From Bilabrum cf. latius (lineage: Eukaryota), in contig OZ237740.1 in assembly GCA_965178125.1 (NCBI GenBank), positions 310,001 to 374,000 of the forward strand: a stretch of 64,000 bases of DNA. Reading direction: 5' to 3'. Under the pieces are notes generated by a model. It was not told the DNA's origin and made no database searches. It was given only the letters and a program-made list of their open reading frames with translations. How positions within the stretch are numbered: the stretch's first letter is position 1; each line of letters begins with the position of its first letter. Below are positions 48,743 through 60,503 of the stretch, one piece after another. Made by a program: the position numbers and the translations under genes.

Positions 48743-49813
48743 TCAATAGAGAAATATTTTTTTTGTGCTAACTACATAATTATTATCAACATTAATAGCA
48801 ACATAACCAAAGAGAGGGAGAGAATGAAGGGTTTTTTTAATTCGTTTTCTAGTAGGAGCGTCAAAACTTAAGACTGTTTCTAAAATATATTTTAAACTTT
48901 TAGCTGTAATTGTTTTATAAATGATATGGGTTGTAATTTCGTTCATAATGGTTCGTGTCTTCATACCGTCGCTTATTTTGTGGGTGATGTCTAAAACGCT
49001 ACTTGCTGTGTGCCTTCCTGTAGTTGCTAGGATTTCCAATAAAAAATAAGCCTTTGCTTTCTGGTTCCTTTTTTTAAAGCCTTCGTAATCATCCAGAATA
49101 AATAAATTAGGTTCAGCGGTCAATTTTTTAAAAAACTCAACATTTAATTTAAAACCTTTTTCTATTAAATCTTTCTCAGGTTTCAAATCCTCTATCTTTC
49201 TTTCAGCTTCAATAACAACATCTAAAGGTTTAGATTTCATCAAAGAAGATTTTTTATATTTAAATTCTAATTTCATTTTTTTATAATAAGCCATTTTTTC
49301 CTTATATAAAGTGTTTTCATTCTCTTTAACCAAATCATCTATATCAATGAAGGTCGCGCCTTCTCTTTTATATTTAGGGTCTTGAATTGGTGATATAACA
49401 TACATATTTTTATATTTTAATCCTCTATACATCCTTATATAATGTAAAGCTAAATGACTTTTCCCGCTTCCACTCTTACCAAATAATCGCACATATTCAC
49501 GCCCCTATGGAAAGAGCATAGGAAAAGGTAAATATTGACTATTATCTTTAATCGCAAATTCCTAAACTGACCGTATATATTCATCTTGTAATAATTTATG
49601 TAGTTGTTCCCTTTTCTTGTCCTTATCAACGTTATATCTTACTCGGCTTTCTCCGTAATAAGATTTTAAAACATCATCTGTTATCTCTTCCGCTTTGACG
49701 TGTTGAATATCTTTAGCGTTCGGGTCGTAATAAATAAACCGGTTCTATTGTGTTTTTTTGTATTTTTGAATAGCTACAATATGGCTATTTTCCGTATATT
49801 GTAAAGATAGCAT
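48743..49813 (-). CDS. FtsK/HerA-type (A32-like) packaging ATPase, 356 aa
   Basis: Walker A GKSGSGKS, Walker B LFILDD, TGRH, ITH; N-terminal extension through TAG. Confidence 0.9.
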
Positions 49814-49905
49814 TATATATAATAATAAAATAAAATAAACCATTTATTCACACGGGTTTAAAATATTAAGTTGGTTCCTTCTTCTATCCTTCCTCACAAA
49901 AAAAG

Positions 49906-50721
49906 TTATAGAGACATAATTATATTTTTAATTTCCGCCCGTGTTTTCCTATTTATGTATTGGTCAATCCACGATATTATCTTATTAATATTTGCTTTAG
50001 AATACTTTGAAAATTGTTTTATTATTTCCACATTTCCTAATGCTTTTCTCATTAGTCCTTTTAGGCTTTGAAATGATTTTGACTTCTCTCTTTGATGTCC
50101 TTTTATTCTTAACATACTTTCTAATCGCATTCTTATGGAATATAAATATCCTAATGCTTCCCTATCAATTAAATCATTGACTCTTTTTTCATTCCTCTTC
50201 TCACCTCTTAATTTAAATAAATCCTTCAATCGTTTTAATACTTTAAAATTATTAGAACCAAAATATTTATCTACATCTCTTATTAATCCATCTTTTACCT
50301 CGTCCTAATCTATTTCATAATCACTTATATGATAAATTATGCTTATTTCATCAATAAATTTTCCATCAAAAGCCCAAAAATCAATTTTTAAGTATGGTTT
50401 ATCTCCGCTAAATATCTATTTATAAATGGTTTTAACGGGTGTAGATATGAATGCTTTTATGGTCTTGTATTTTTTATTACCAGCTTTAACCTCAATAAAA
50501 TTAACCTAACTTATAAAAACCTTTACAAATCTTATTAAACTATTTATAAATTCAGGCTCTACCCTCTAATATAAATCTATATCACTAGCAAACAAGGAAT
50601 AATAAGGAATAGCATACGAACCATTTAAAAATAAATTAGCCCCCTTCTTAAAATTCACCTCATCAAATATATCGTTCTCGTATTCATTAAAATAAGCTTG
50701 TGTCAATTCATCAATTTTCAT
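49906..50721 (-). CDS. Pol-beta-superfamily nucleotidyltransferase-like protein, 271 aa
   Basis: LNGSY-x(9)-SDIDL signature, then KID and FKVLKR; one frame through TAGs. Confidence 0.7.
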
Positions 50722-50778
50722 TATATATTATAAGTATGGATAAATAACAAATTATATATACCCAATATATACAATAAT

Positions 50779-51349
50779 ATGAGCGTTAAATAGAGCATAA
50801 ATGATATGACAAATAAAAGCCTTCATCATCTAGGAATAAACAGAAATGATTATAAAAAAGAAATTGATAAAATGGTTGAAGATACCGCAAACCAAATATT
50901 AAACGCAACCACAAAAGGAAAGACAAAAGGGGGAGCTTTGAACCTTCTTGGTGGATAGCCGAACGTTCTCGCTGGAGGTCCCAATTATCTTGCTGGAGGA
51001 AAAAAGAAGGGTTCAAAGAAAGCCCCTAAAACAAAAAAGCCCCGTAGTGCTAAATAGTTAAAGAGGGATAAATTAATGAAATGGTGCCGTCAAAAGGGAA
51101 TGACTATGAAAGCCAGCAATGCTTTTATGATCCTAACGCCGGATGGGGTTCGGTGTTGATGCCAGAGTGGGAGCGCGTGAACGTCTCGTTGGGTTCCGAT
51201 GGCGGTTGCGACCGGGAAGGTGCGACCAAGCCAACGGATTGCTTGCGATGACGCGCATACCCTCTCTGTGTTCAGGAGAGGGGCGGAGATTGGGTAATTT
51301 TTGCATCATAAAGAAACACGACCTTATGAATAAGGATATTTCATTTTAA
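50779..51349 (+). CDS. Small basic Gly/Lys-rich protein interrupted by a 181-bp insertion
   Basis: Removing 51129-51309 restores ...MKASNAFIKKHDLMNKDISF-stop. Confidence 0.6.
51129..51309. mobile_element. 181-bp GC-richer mini insertion with SDR3-like termini
   Basis: Begins GATCCTAACGC (SDR3: GATACCTAACGC) and ends GCATCA(T) (SDR3: GCATCA); AT microhomology at the junctions. Confidence 0.7.
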
Positions 51350-51426
51350 AAGACAGCCTACCAATTGACATATTATCTCTTAAGTTTATAAATTATTAAT
51401 TATATCATTAATAATATATATATACA

Positions 51427-53484
51427 ATGTCAAACAATACAATTAATGATTTACTGAAGGGTATTATGTAGAAACGGTCTAATCAACTTAGGATTGAAAA
51501 TGACCCCCAAGTTAGATTAATGATATAGCAAGAAGAAGATGAAGCAGAAGCCAGAAGAAAAACCCTAAAAGATGATGCTTTTCTTCGTGCTAATTATGTT
51601 CCTATTGATGTTAGAATTGAAAGACAACAACAACAACAAGGAATTGAAAATATTATTAAAAATATTAAGACTATGAACGCTAAAAAAGAATTACCAATTT
51701 ATCAAATAGAAAATTTACAATCATTTATAAATAGAAATCCAGATTTACCGGATAAATTAAAAAGATAGGTTGTAGATACCATTAATAATATTAATGTAAG
51801 GTAGGTAGTAGGACCAGCAAGCGATAAGAAAAAGGTATTTGATGGAATTAAAAATATTAATATGAGATTATTTACAACCACTAAAGCACAACGGGACGCA
51901 GTATTAGAACAATTACCAAGCGATATGAGAGGATTAAAAGCAGTTCAAATACGAAACGCTTTACGACAAGCTGGAATCACGAAAACCCCCCAAGGGTAGA
52001 ATGTTTCACAATTAACTAAAGTTGATGACGCTGTTAATGCTTTATAGGATGTGTTAAATCCTCCTGAAGCCGTTCAACAATAGCAAAGAGATGACCCGCA
52101 ACCTGATAGACCTGAACCAGATAACCCGCAACCGCCACCAGAACCAAGACCAAAACCCCCTCCAACACCACAAGAAGCATTAAGCCCAGAACTACAAGAA
52201 CAAATTGAAGCACTTGAAAGAGTAGCAAACGCCAATCCTTCAAGTAGTAGAAAAGCACCAAAGAAAACCGAACTAGCATCAATACTCAGATAGTCAAATG
52301 TTAAAGGTGTAAAAGGACGGTCTAAAGTTGATTTTATAAAAAGTGCTTAGAAGAAATTATCAGAACTTAAACAAAAAGCACAAGAACAAGAGGCATCACA
52401 ATCATCAGGACAAGAAGAAGAAGGGGAGAACGCCAGTAGAAATTTATCAGGCTAGTTTTCAAAAGTATCACCCGCACCAGTTCCACCTAGTGGATTCTTA
52501 CAATCACCAGAACCACAAGGACAATCACCAGAACAAGAACAAGGACAATCACCAGAACAACAACAAAGCACATTTGGTTCTTTAGGACAATCGGTTATGG
52601 ATGGTATCAGTTATTTAACAGGAAAAACAGGCTCACAACCACAAGCACCCCCCGCAGGTCAAGACAGAGGAAAAGGTGAAGCGATGGCAGTAGATGAAGA
52701 TGGAGAACCTATTACAGATGAATTTGGAAGACAACTTACAGAAGTTCAATTCAGACAAAGACAAGCACAGGCAGAACGAGATGAAGCACAAAGACAACAA
52801 GAAGAAAAAGAAAGACAAGCTAGAGAACGGAGGGGAGCCCCAGATGAAGAACCAAGAGATGGAGAAGCCGTAGAACAAGCACAACCAGCAGAACCAGCAG
52901 AACCAGAAGAACCAGCAGAACCACAAGAACCACAGAAAACAGATGATGAAATAGCCAAATCAATAGGACAATCAATAAATGCTAAAGGCAATAAAAATGA
53001 AATATTATCATAGTTAAAAGCAAGAGGAATAAATCCAACAGACGCCAGCCCAACAATTAACACTTTAAAATATATTATACGAAGGCTTAAAGCCGGAGTC
53101 TTACAACCTAATTTATCAACTGATGCTGTTAGGTCTTTAGTAGCTAGAGCAAATACAGAAGGAAGAGCAACCAGAAGTGATAGAACATTAGCAAAATCAA
53201 GACTAAACGATACGGGATATGAATTAAGCGGGAAGCCTCAATGGACATATTCACCACCAGCTCAAGGTTTTGGAAATAAAGACCCTTATAATATGTTAAT
53301 GAAAGCTATTAATTTAATTATTGATTAGAAAATAAAAACATAGAATAGGGGCGGTAGTTGTGGATGTGGCAAGCATAAAGGAGGACAAATTGAACAAGAA
53401 TATTTTAATGTAGCCGGTGGTAAAGGTAATCATAATGTGAAGGACAAGGTAAAACAAATCTTATATCAACACTTTGAAAAACTA
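51427..53484 (+). CDS. Gln/Glu/Pro-rich low-complexity protein, 685 aa
   Basis: Frame continuous through many TAGs at the points checked, including track ORF 52597-53013; TAA stop. Confidence 0.72.
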
Positions 53485-53544
53485 AGATTATTAAAATAAT
53501 TAGTCTATAGGATAATAATATTTTGTTTTGTATAGATATATATA

Positions 53545-54162
53545 ATGGCAGAGTTAGTAGCAACAGCAAGCACGGTTGGTGGGGTGTTGGTTCCTCTAGG
53601 ATATGCGGGATGCTTCCTTTGGAACTTATGTTCCTCACTTGCGAATCGTAAAAAATTGTGTTTAGTCCTTCCACGAAAAGGAGGTAAAAGCTCACTTAAC
53701 AAAAGTTTAACGTCTATAGACCCGAATATTCTGTTAGTTGATTTAGATGAAGTCCTTAAAGTTAATGCTGACACCAAACAGGTTTTATACCTAAATGAAG
53801 CAGAAGCCAGGGGGGATGTATCAACAGCCAAACTTTTAAAATTTGAGCTTATGAAAAAAAGCATTGAGAAAGTTAAATCAAATTGGTTATAGAAAGCTGA
53901 ACATAGAGCCGTCTTTCTTACTTCAGATTTTGACCTAGCGAAAGAAATATTCAAGCCCTCCAGCACGTGTGTAGCAATACCAAGCGATAAATTATTTGGT
54001 GAGATATCTAAGGATTTAGACGATAAAGATAAATCAATAGCTAGACACTCACGAGCGGATTTTTTGAAAAGTTTTAATCCTAATGAGTATAGCGTTTATA
54101 ATACCTTTGAAGGGCTTTCATAGATGGTGATGAAAGTGTATAATATGACATATAGGGTCTAA
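53545..54162 (+). CDS. P-loop NTPase/kinase-like protein with hydrophobic N-terminus, 205 aa
   Basis: LVLPRKGGKS, LLVDLDE; homolog of 59826-60446. Confidence 0.8.
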
Positions 54163-54198
54163 TTATTTGAATATTATTAAATAATAAATTAATAATAT

Positions 54199-55356
54199 TT
54201 ATTTAGTCTTATTATTAAAATTATCCTTTAGTGTTTTTGATATATTTTTAGCCGGCTCCGTTGTTATCTTCCATTGAATTAAATATTCATCTTGTCCCTC
54301 TTGATTCTTTCTTCTCTTTATTATTTTACCTATATCATTCTAATATTTTCTTTTAGTAGCCTCATCAACATATGAATCTTTCCATTTAACCCTGTATGTA
54401 TTATTTTTATTCTTTCTTATCAATTTTTCAATTATAAATATATCTTGTGCTTTATTCTCGTATGGTTTAGATGCTAATAACAACTAATCTCTATTAAAGT
54501 ATGTATAGGGTATGCCCTCAATTTTATATAATGGGGGGTTATCTGGTTTTATTATTACTCTTTCAATTTTATAAGGCTTTACGCTATATTTAATATCTCC
54601 CGCCCTAAATGCTCCGGTTTCCTTTATCCCTTCTATACTTCTAGGATAATCTAATCCTATTCTTACCATTTCACCCTCATTTAATACATCACATACTTCA
54701 CCCTAACATCTAGGCGGTATATATGGTAGATTCTCCCTTTTCTTATTCAACATTTCCTATCTTGTTTTATAACGCTCGTTTAATATCTCCCTCAATTTTG
54801 GTATTAAATGTCTCCAGTTCGTGATAGTTGTCCCCGTTCTTATCTCCTATGAATTCAAATAATAAAATATAGCTCTCCCTATTTCCTCATTCAATCTCTC
54901 CACTAAAGCCATCTACGATTTACGCTTCACTCTTGAAAATATATGCTCTATCTTATTCTTCTTTAGATATTCTTTAAATAATTCATTATCAAATTCTCCC
55001 CCTTTATCTGTTCGTATCATTTTTGGTTTCATTAAATAATTTCTTTTATAGATTTTTTGAAAAGCTTTTATCACATCCTCCGCCCCTCTATCCTTTAACT
55101 CTTCAAAATCTAACGCTAACCCGCTCGTATCTATCACAACTAATAAATATTTTGAATCGTTCTTGGTAGCGTAAGGGAGATACAATAAATCAGCCTATTG
55201 GATAAGCCCCTCTTTAGTAGGTTTATAATATTTAACATAATTCAATCCTTTCGGTTTCTTTATCGGCTTCATTAAATCGTTCGTGATAGACTTCGTATTA
55301 AATCCAAAACTTGACTCATTAATATCATTATCTTTTTTCTTTCCTCTCTTACTCAT
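54199..55356 (-). CDS. Retroviral-type (rve) integrase with C-terminal chromodomain-like region, 385 aa
   Basis: Q*ADLLYLP, YLLVVID, IRTDKGGEF, KS*MALVER (DDE); C-terminal YIIEKLI..YRVKWK and EYLIQWK..TEP. Confidence 0.9.
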
Positions 55357-55395
55357 TATATATATTAAGTAGTTTAATATTTATAAATTAATTAT

Positions 55396-55767
55396 TCACG
55401 GATTAAAAAGCTTATTAATAGCTTCATTCGTTTTAATGTGCTCCTTGGTGTCTCTTATCTCCTAATGGATATCAACCAGCTTTAATTTTTCTTTCTTAGT
55501 TAATCCGTTCATCCTTCCCTTCAATTCTTTTAAAGTTTTCATATAAGGGGCTATAGCTTCTGTTTTCTTTTTGCTCACCTCTTTATATTCCACATTAAGA
55601 GCGGTTAATTTACTATTCACTTTATTTTTTAATTCTGTCTCTTTTATTTTTAGTTGCTTTAACTTTTGTTCTAATTCACGATTGGTCTTCTTAAAGTCTT
55701 CTACAATATCAAGAAATTCATTCTTTAACTTTGAGCGGGTATTAATCACTTTTTGTAATTTATCCAT
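55396..55767 (-). CDS. Coiled-coil hypothetical protein, 123 aa
   Basis: Track ORF extended through TAG to TGA. Confidence 0.65.
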
Positions 55768-56209
55768 TTATATATAATTACTAGATATTTTTTATATTTT
55801 TTTTAAACTTCATTTCAACTCTTTGTAATTCTCGTGCTATTTCTAATTCCATCAATCCCCTTATTATTCTGCCATCGTGATAATCCTAAACTGAACAATG
55901 AATCAAATCATTCTAAACTGCCGGTAAAGGTATTCTATACATCAATTCATATTTTATAATCTCAAGCGTTATTATGCCTGTTCTCTTCTTCAAAGCTACC
56001 CCTAATAAGGGCGGTATTTGTTTATCAGAAACTCTTTTGAATGTCCCTCTAACTATTTTTAATATTCTGCTTATACTCTAATCTGTATAAATTGCTCTAA
56101 AATCCATCGGTATATACTAACCTATATTTTTTTAATTTTTTTTTTAAACTATAGAATTTTATAAAACGGGTTTAATAAATTAAAATAAAATATTGGGCTA
56201 CATTATAAT

Positions 56210-56626
56210 ATGTTCGTTAAGTTCCTGTTATCAAGTGTCAACGTTAAAAAGGTACTCAAGAATAAAAGCATCTCCACTTTTATGTCAATCGTATATATTT
56301 ATGTTGAGAAGCACAAACCATCAATGTTAAAGCATTTTCAACTTGATGACCTTCGTGTCCCTCCAGATTGTAATGAACGACTTAAAAAAAGAGTATTAAG
56401 TGAATTTGAAGAATTTGATTATATATCATATTTCGTTCAACCATTTAGAATAATACACAAGCTAAATGAAGAAAATGTTGAATACCTAAGTGAAGACTTA
56501 AATGATACCGTAGCCATAGATTTATTGGTAAAAAAAGAGAAGGAAGCCATTGAGAAATCAATAAAGAAATAGAAGGATGATATCATCAAAAAGGCTGTAG
56601 ATGACTTTATAGTCTCAAAGGATTAA
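56210..56626 (+). CDS. Hypothetical protein, 138 aa
   Basis: Track ORF extended through TAG to TAA. Confidence 0.6.
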
Positions 56627-56663
56627 ACTATATTTTAATAATAACGTAATTATTAAAATTCAA

Positions 56664-57314
56664 TTAATTAAAATTATCCTCTATCTCCTCTCTCTCCTCG
56701 TTATCCATTACCCATTCTAACCTTGAAGGGTGCCACGCTCTAGCTATTAACTCCTCTTTATACTTCTTGGTTTGTTCTATTGTTTTCTCTTTTCTTTTTT
56801 TATAATATGGTATCAGTGTTGTTGAGTAATTCAATGTTCGTATTTTATATGGTAGCAGTGTTATACAATAATCCACTGTATCATCTTTGATACCGTTCTC
56901 TAAATGGTTGAAACTGAAACAATCATCAAACATAAAAGTAAAGGAATCTACACTTGAAACATTCCATTTATTCAAATTTTGATTGAAATTTTCACATTCA
57001 TAAAACATATAAGACATCATTTCTACATTTGAAACATTCCAGTTATTTAATGGTTGATTGAAGGTTGAACAACCCCAAAACATACCATACATTCCTTTTA
57101 CATTAGAAACATCCCAATTACCCAATGGTTGATTAAACTATTTACAATTGTCAAACATACAACCCATATTCTTAACATTAGAAACATCCCAATTACCCAA
57201 TGGTTGATTAAACTATTTACAATCTCTAAACATTTCTTCCATACTCTCCACTTTAGAAACATCCCAATTATCAAGCGGTTGATTGAACGATTTACAATTT
57301 TCAAACATACAATT
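56664..57314 (-). pseudogene. DUF285/BspA-like repeat protein, 5'-truncated by virophage 2
   Basis: Repeats FNQPLxNWDVSxVxxMxxMF; C-terminal EELIARAWHPSR; frame cut at the G-run at 57315. Confidence 0.85.
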
Positions 57315-57776
57315 GGGGGGGGTCAAGTGTGATGAGCGGGGCTCCACAGCAATATAGAGGAGACGCTTCGCGCCTCTCTACTCCTCTTAAGTCTCCTAGT
57401 AGAATTCCGTAGCGTGTCTCATAGTCCATGTCTCATAAAACAGACTACTTTTTATCTCCTACAAAGTAGGGGAATTTAAAGTTTATCTTTTATTACTACT
57501 CCTATATTTCTCCTACAGCAATGACAGAGATGTTTTTATAAAAGTGTCAGAAGAAATTTGAAGAATCCAACGGCCTCCCAAAAACATCCCTGTGTTTGCT
57601 GTTAGAGGGATACGGGAGCCGAAGGAACGAATTTGTCCCTACTTCGCAGGGCAAAACTCAATTTTAGACTTACTGAAGAGTTTCTACATCGGTCTCCATC
57701 TAGAGTCATGACGGGAGCCGAGGGAACGTCTGGTCTTTCTCCGAAGCGAAGGTTCCCAAGACTTTCCTACAGCACT

Positions 57777-57905
57777 CCAGGTGTTCCTCAAGAAATCCCA
57801 CCTTTTCCAAAGAAATCCCAGGTGTTTCCCAAGAAATCCCACCTTTTCCAAAGAAATCCCAGGTGTTCCCCAAGAAATCCCACCTTTTCCAAAGAAATTC
57901 CAGTG
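57777..57905. repeat. 41-bp tandem repeat x3 in the terminal region of virophage 2
   Basis: CCAGGTGTTCCCCAAGAAATCCCACCTTTTCCAAAGAAATC-like units. Confidence 0.85.
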
Positions 57906-58186
57906 CTTTCCATGCGATGCCCGCACTGCCTACGCCTTTCCCCACGGTTTTCCTACCGACCCCTATAGTAAGAATGGAAATAAAATTTATAAGCGATTCA
58001 CTCTCTAAATTACCCAAAGAGGTTGACACGTTTCCTAACAAGAACACGAAGCGATTCTATCGTGCCCTTATGACTGATTCTCTTGTCAAAAAAATCAATC
58101 CAGTAATATGGAACAAACTCAAGATTAAATTGGAAACGTTTAAGGGGAACGAACGAGGAACATAGTCAAACCAATAAAACCATACT

Positions 58187-59350
58187 TTAGTCGTTAGCAA
58201 ACATTTTCCAAGCCATTTCCAAAGCTTTCTTATTGCTTATCCCTTGTCCCCGGAGAATTGACGCCATTTTCATCACCCTTGAACGCTTTCCCGAAGACTT
58301 CCCTTTTCCAAACATTTCCACCCATGCTCCACTGACAGGGTCATCAACCACGGAATGAATTCCCTTCATGATAGGGACTCCCACGGTCTTTGTAGCCAAA
58401 TCCCAGCCCTCCTTGAAATCTTTCCCAAAGTCCCTTTCTGTGTTCTACTTGTGTTTGGACTGATTTTTCCTCAAAGCTTTCCTAATTTTAGGCGGTAGGT
58501 CATCTATTATACCTTTTCCAAATAGTTTGGAAGTCCAACCAGCTAAATCCGTAGCGACATTGGCGATTCCCTTGAACGCGGGGCTCATCTATGTTGCGAT
58601 TTCAGCGACGGGCTACATGATGAAAGACTCTAGGGAGGACGTTAAAAGCTTATTCACTTTTAGTATATCGCGGATGAACCTCTAGCAGTTCAAATCAAAC
58701 GCTCTGTATTGGTAAAAATTGTATTCCCCTATGCTTTCCAGGGTGTTTCCCAACAGTTCGTTTGCGGTTATAACACGGCCTTTCAAATCCACGTCCATCG
58801 TTTGACTGCGTTTATCCTTCTTATAGGTAAACCCAACACTAACCCTTTCATTTTTCTCCATCACTAGCGGTTTTCCAGAGCCAATATTGGCGACAAGGTA
58901 GAGATGGAAATAGTCGCTAAATTTGTATTTCTTCTTCATCCGTTTCATCTTCCCGAAACTCATGACATTTAACAAGCGATTCAAACCAGACGACAAAGGA
59001 GTTCTTACAATCTTCAGGGAGAAAATCTAACGATTTCCATACTTTTCCAAGGTTTTCCGAGTCGCGTTTGTGTGTCCCACGACGAGTCCGCCACACATAC
59101 AACCACCCCTTTGAGTCATATAGGAGTCCATTGTATTGGATTGTATTTCTTTTTGTTTCCTAGGCCTTCCCCGTTTAGATTTCTTAATATCCAAAGATTT
59201 CTAAATGCTTTCCAGCATTTCCTTGGAGTATGGGTGTTTTCCCTTCCAAGCCACCTAGGTTGCCTCATCGGGTTTTCTCACGGAAAGCATCGTTTTTATA
59301 AACCCCGTGTCTCGTTTGCCTCCTGAAAGCTCGTAAAATGACTCCGCCAT
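58187..59350 (-). CDS. 387-aa protein with permuted papain-like (H...NCQ) domain
   Basis: FHLYL..MEKNERV..FYQYRAFDLNC*RFI; track ORFs 58682-58996 and 58187-58399 are in frame with ATG 59350. Confidence 0.72.
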
Positions 59351-59419
59351 GTTTAGTATAGATTTCCATACTTTTCCAGCCTTGGGGTTTAAGTATATTT
59401 TAGCAGTCTATAGTATAGA

Positions 59420-59695
59420 ATGGTATTTGAGAGAGAACTGGAAGGATTCACATTTGTTGCCCCCTCCAAATAGAAAGGGAAGAAGTATGATGTGTATGAC
59501 GAAGATGGTGAGTATATTACCAGCTTCGGAAGTAATTCCCACGAGCAGTATTTTGACCGTGTCGGGTATTATTCCCATTTAGACCACAAGGACGACGACC
59601 GAATGCGACGGTTTCACCTTAGATTTAAAACCCATAGCAATCCACCGAAGCCTAGAAGCCCCCAATTCTTTAGTTCTTTCTACCTTTGGATTTAA
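59420..59695 (+). CDS. DUF5754-like small protein
   Basis: KKYDV..SFG..EQYFD..RMRRFHLRF..SPQFFSSFYLW; similar to the C-terminal half of 37477-38184. Confidence 0.7.
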
Positions 59696-59825
59696 ATGCT
59701 TTCCCTTTGGTTTCCCCTCGGTTTCCGACGGTTTCCAAGATTTCCAAGACTTTTCCCCTCGGTAAAAAGCTTCCTTGGAAAAGGGATATATGATTTCCCA
59801 TTGAATAACTCTTCGTCTAAACAGC

Positions 59826-60446
59826 TCACAGACGGTTTCCCAAGTCAAAGGTTTGCCGAATGAAGTTTTCCAACTGACTAAATGATGAAAACACCGTGTA
59901 GTGCGATTTGTCTAACTGGCTAATCAGACCGATTCGGCTTCTTTCCACTGCGTCCAAGATATCCTTGGACTCGGATTTAATATCTTCAAACAGGGAATGA
60001 CTTGGAACACACACGAAAATGCTTTCCAGCTTGAATAAATCTTTCCCAAGCTCAATATCACTACAGAAGACAATGATGCGACGACCTTTCTTGGTTAGCC
60101 AACGACTCTTCACGTCCTCATATACTTTCTTACAATGTCCGTAGTAAGTAAGACGGTGAGTAGACTCATCTCCGCTCTCAATCATTTTGTCTAACTTTCT
60201 TATTTCATCCGTTTTAAGGTGTGCCCTAACGACCTCGTCCAAATCCACTAGAAGTAGATTTTTATCCACGGATTCCAATTCCCTGACTAGGTGAGTCTTT
60301 CCCGCTCGTCTGGGAACCACTACACACACCTTCTAACGCTGATGGGGTAATTTAGTGGCCCATCCATACACACACTTGGATCCTTGGTAAGCCAAAGGCA
60401 CCATGGTTCCGATCACGGTCGCTCCAGTAAGAATTGCTGAAGCCAT
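59826..60446 (-). CDS. P-loop NTPase/kinase-like protein (homolog of 53545-54162), 206 aa
   Basis: MASAILTGATVIGTMVPLAY...VVVPRRAGKT, LLVDLDE. Confidence 0.8.
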
Positions 60447-60503
60447 TCTGTCGTTTTATATAATATAAGACAACACAATATATTTATTTAGTCGCTAATT
60501 GAA

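Larger units (their letters stand above)
31544..57314. mobile_element. Endogenous virophage 1 (EMALE/Maveriviricetes-like), AT-rich; right end not in window
   Basis: Sharp GC drop; full virophage morphogenesis set (MCP, penton, Cys protease, packaging ATPase) plus PolB, primase-helicase and rve integrase; starts with CCCCCCCC inside gene B. Confidence 0.92.

Noticed and set aside
48159-55356. UAG as Leu, Tyr, Glu or pyrrolysine
   Set aside because: The diagnostic positions (GVPQG, QADL, protease Q, NCQ, TAG/CAG paralog pair) all indicate Gln; the few TAG/AAG pairs are single-base substitutions.
31544-57314. Bacterial prophage, contaminant or plain Polinton
   Set aside because: Precise junction inside a host gene, shared host code, and ~600-aa virophage-type MCP with penton and protease.
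57315-57322. G-run as the right TIR of virophage 1
   Set aside because: The preceding sequence is DUF285 coding DNA, not the reverse complement of the left end, and host gene B does not resume.
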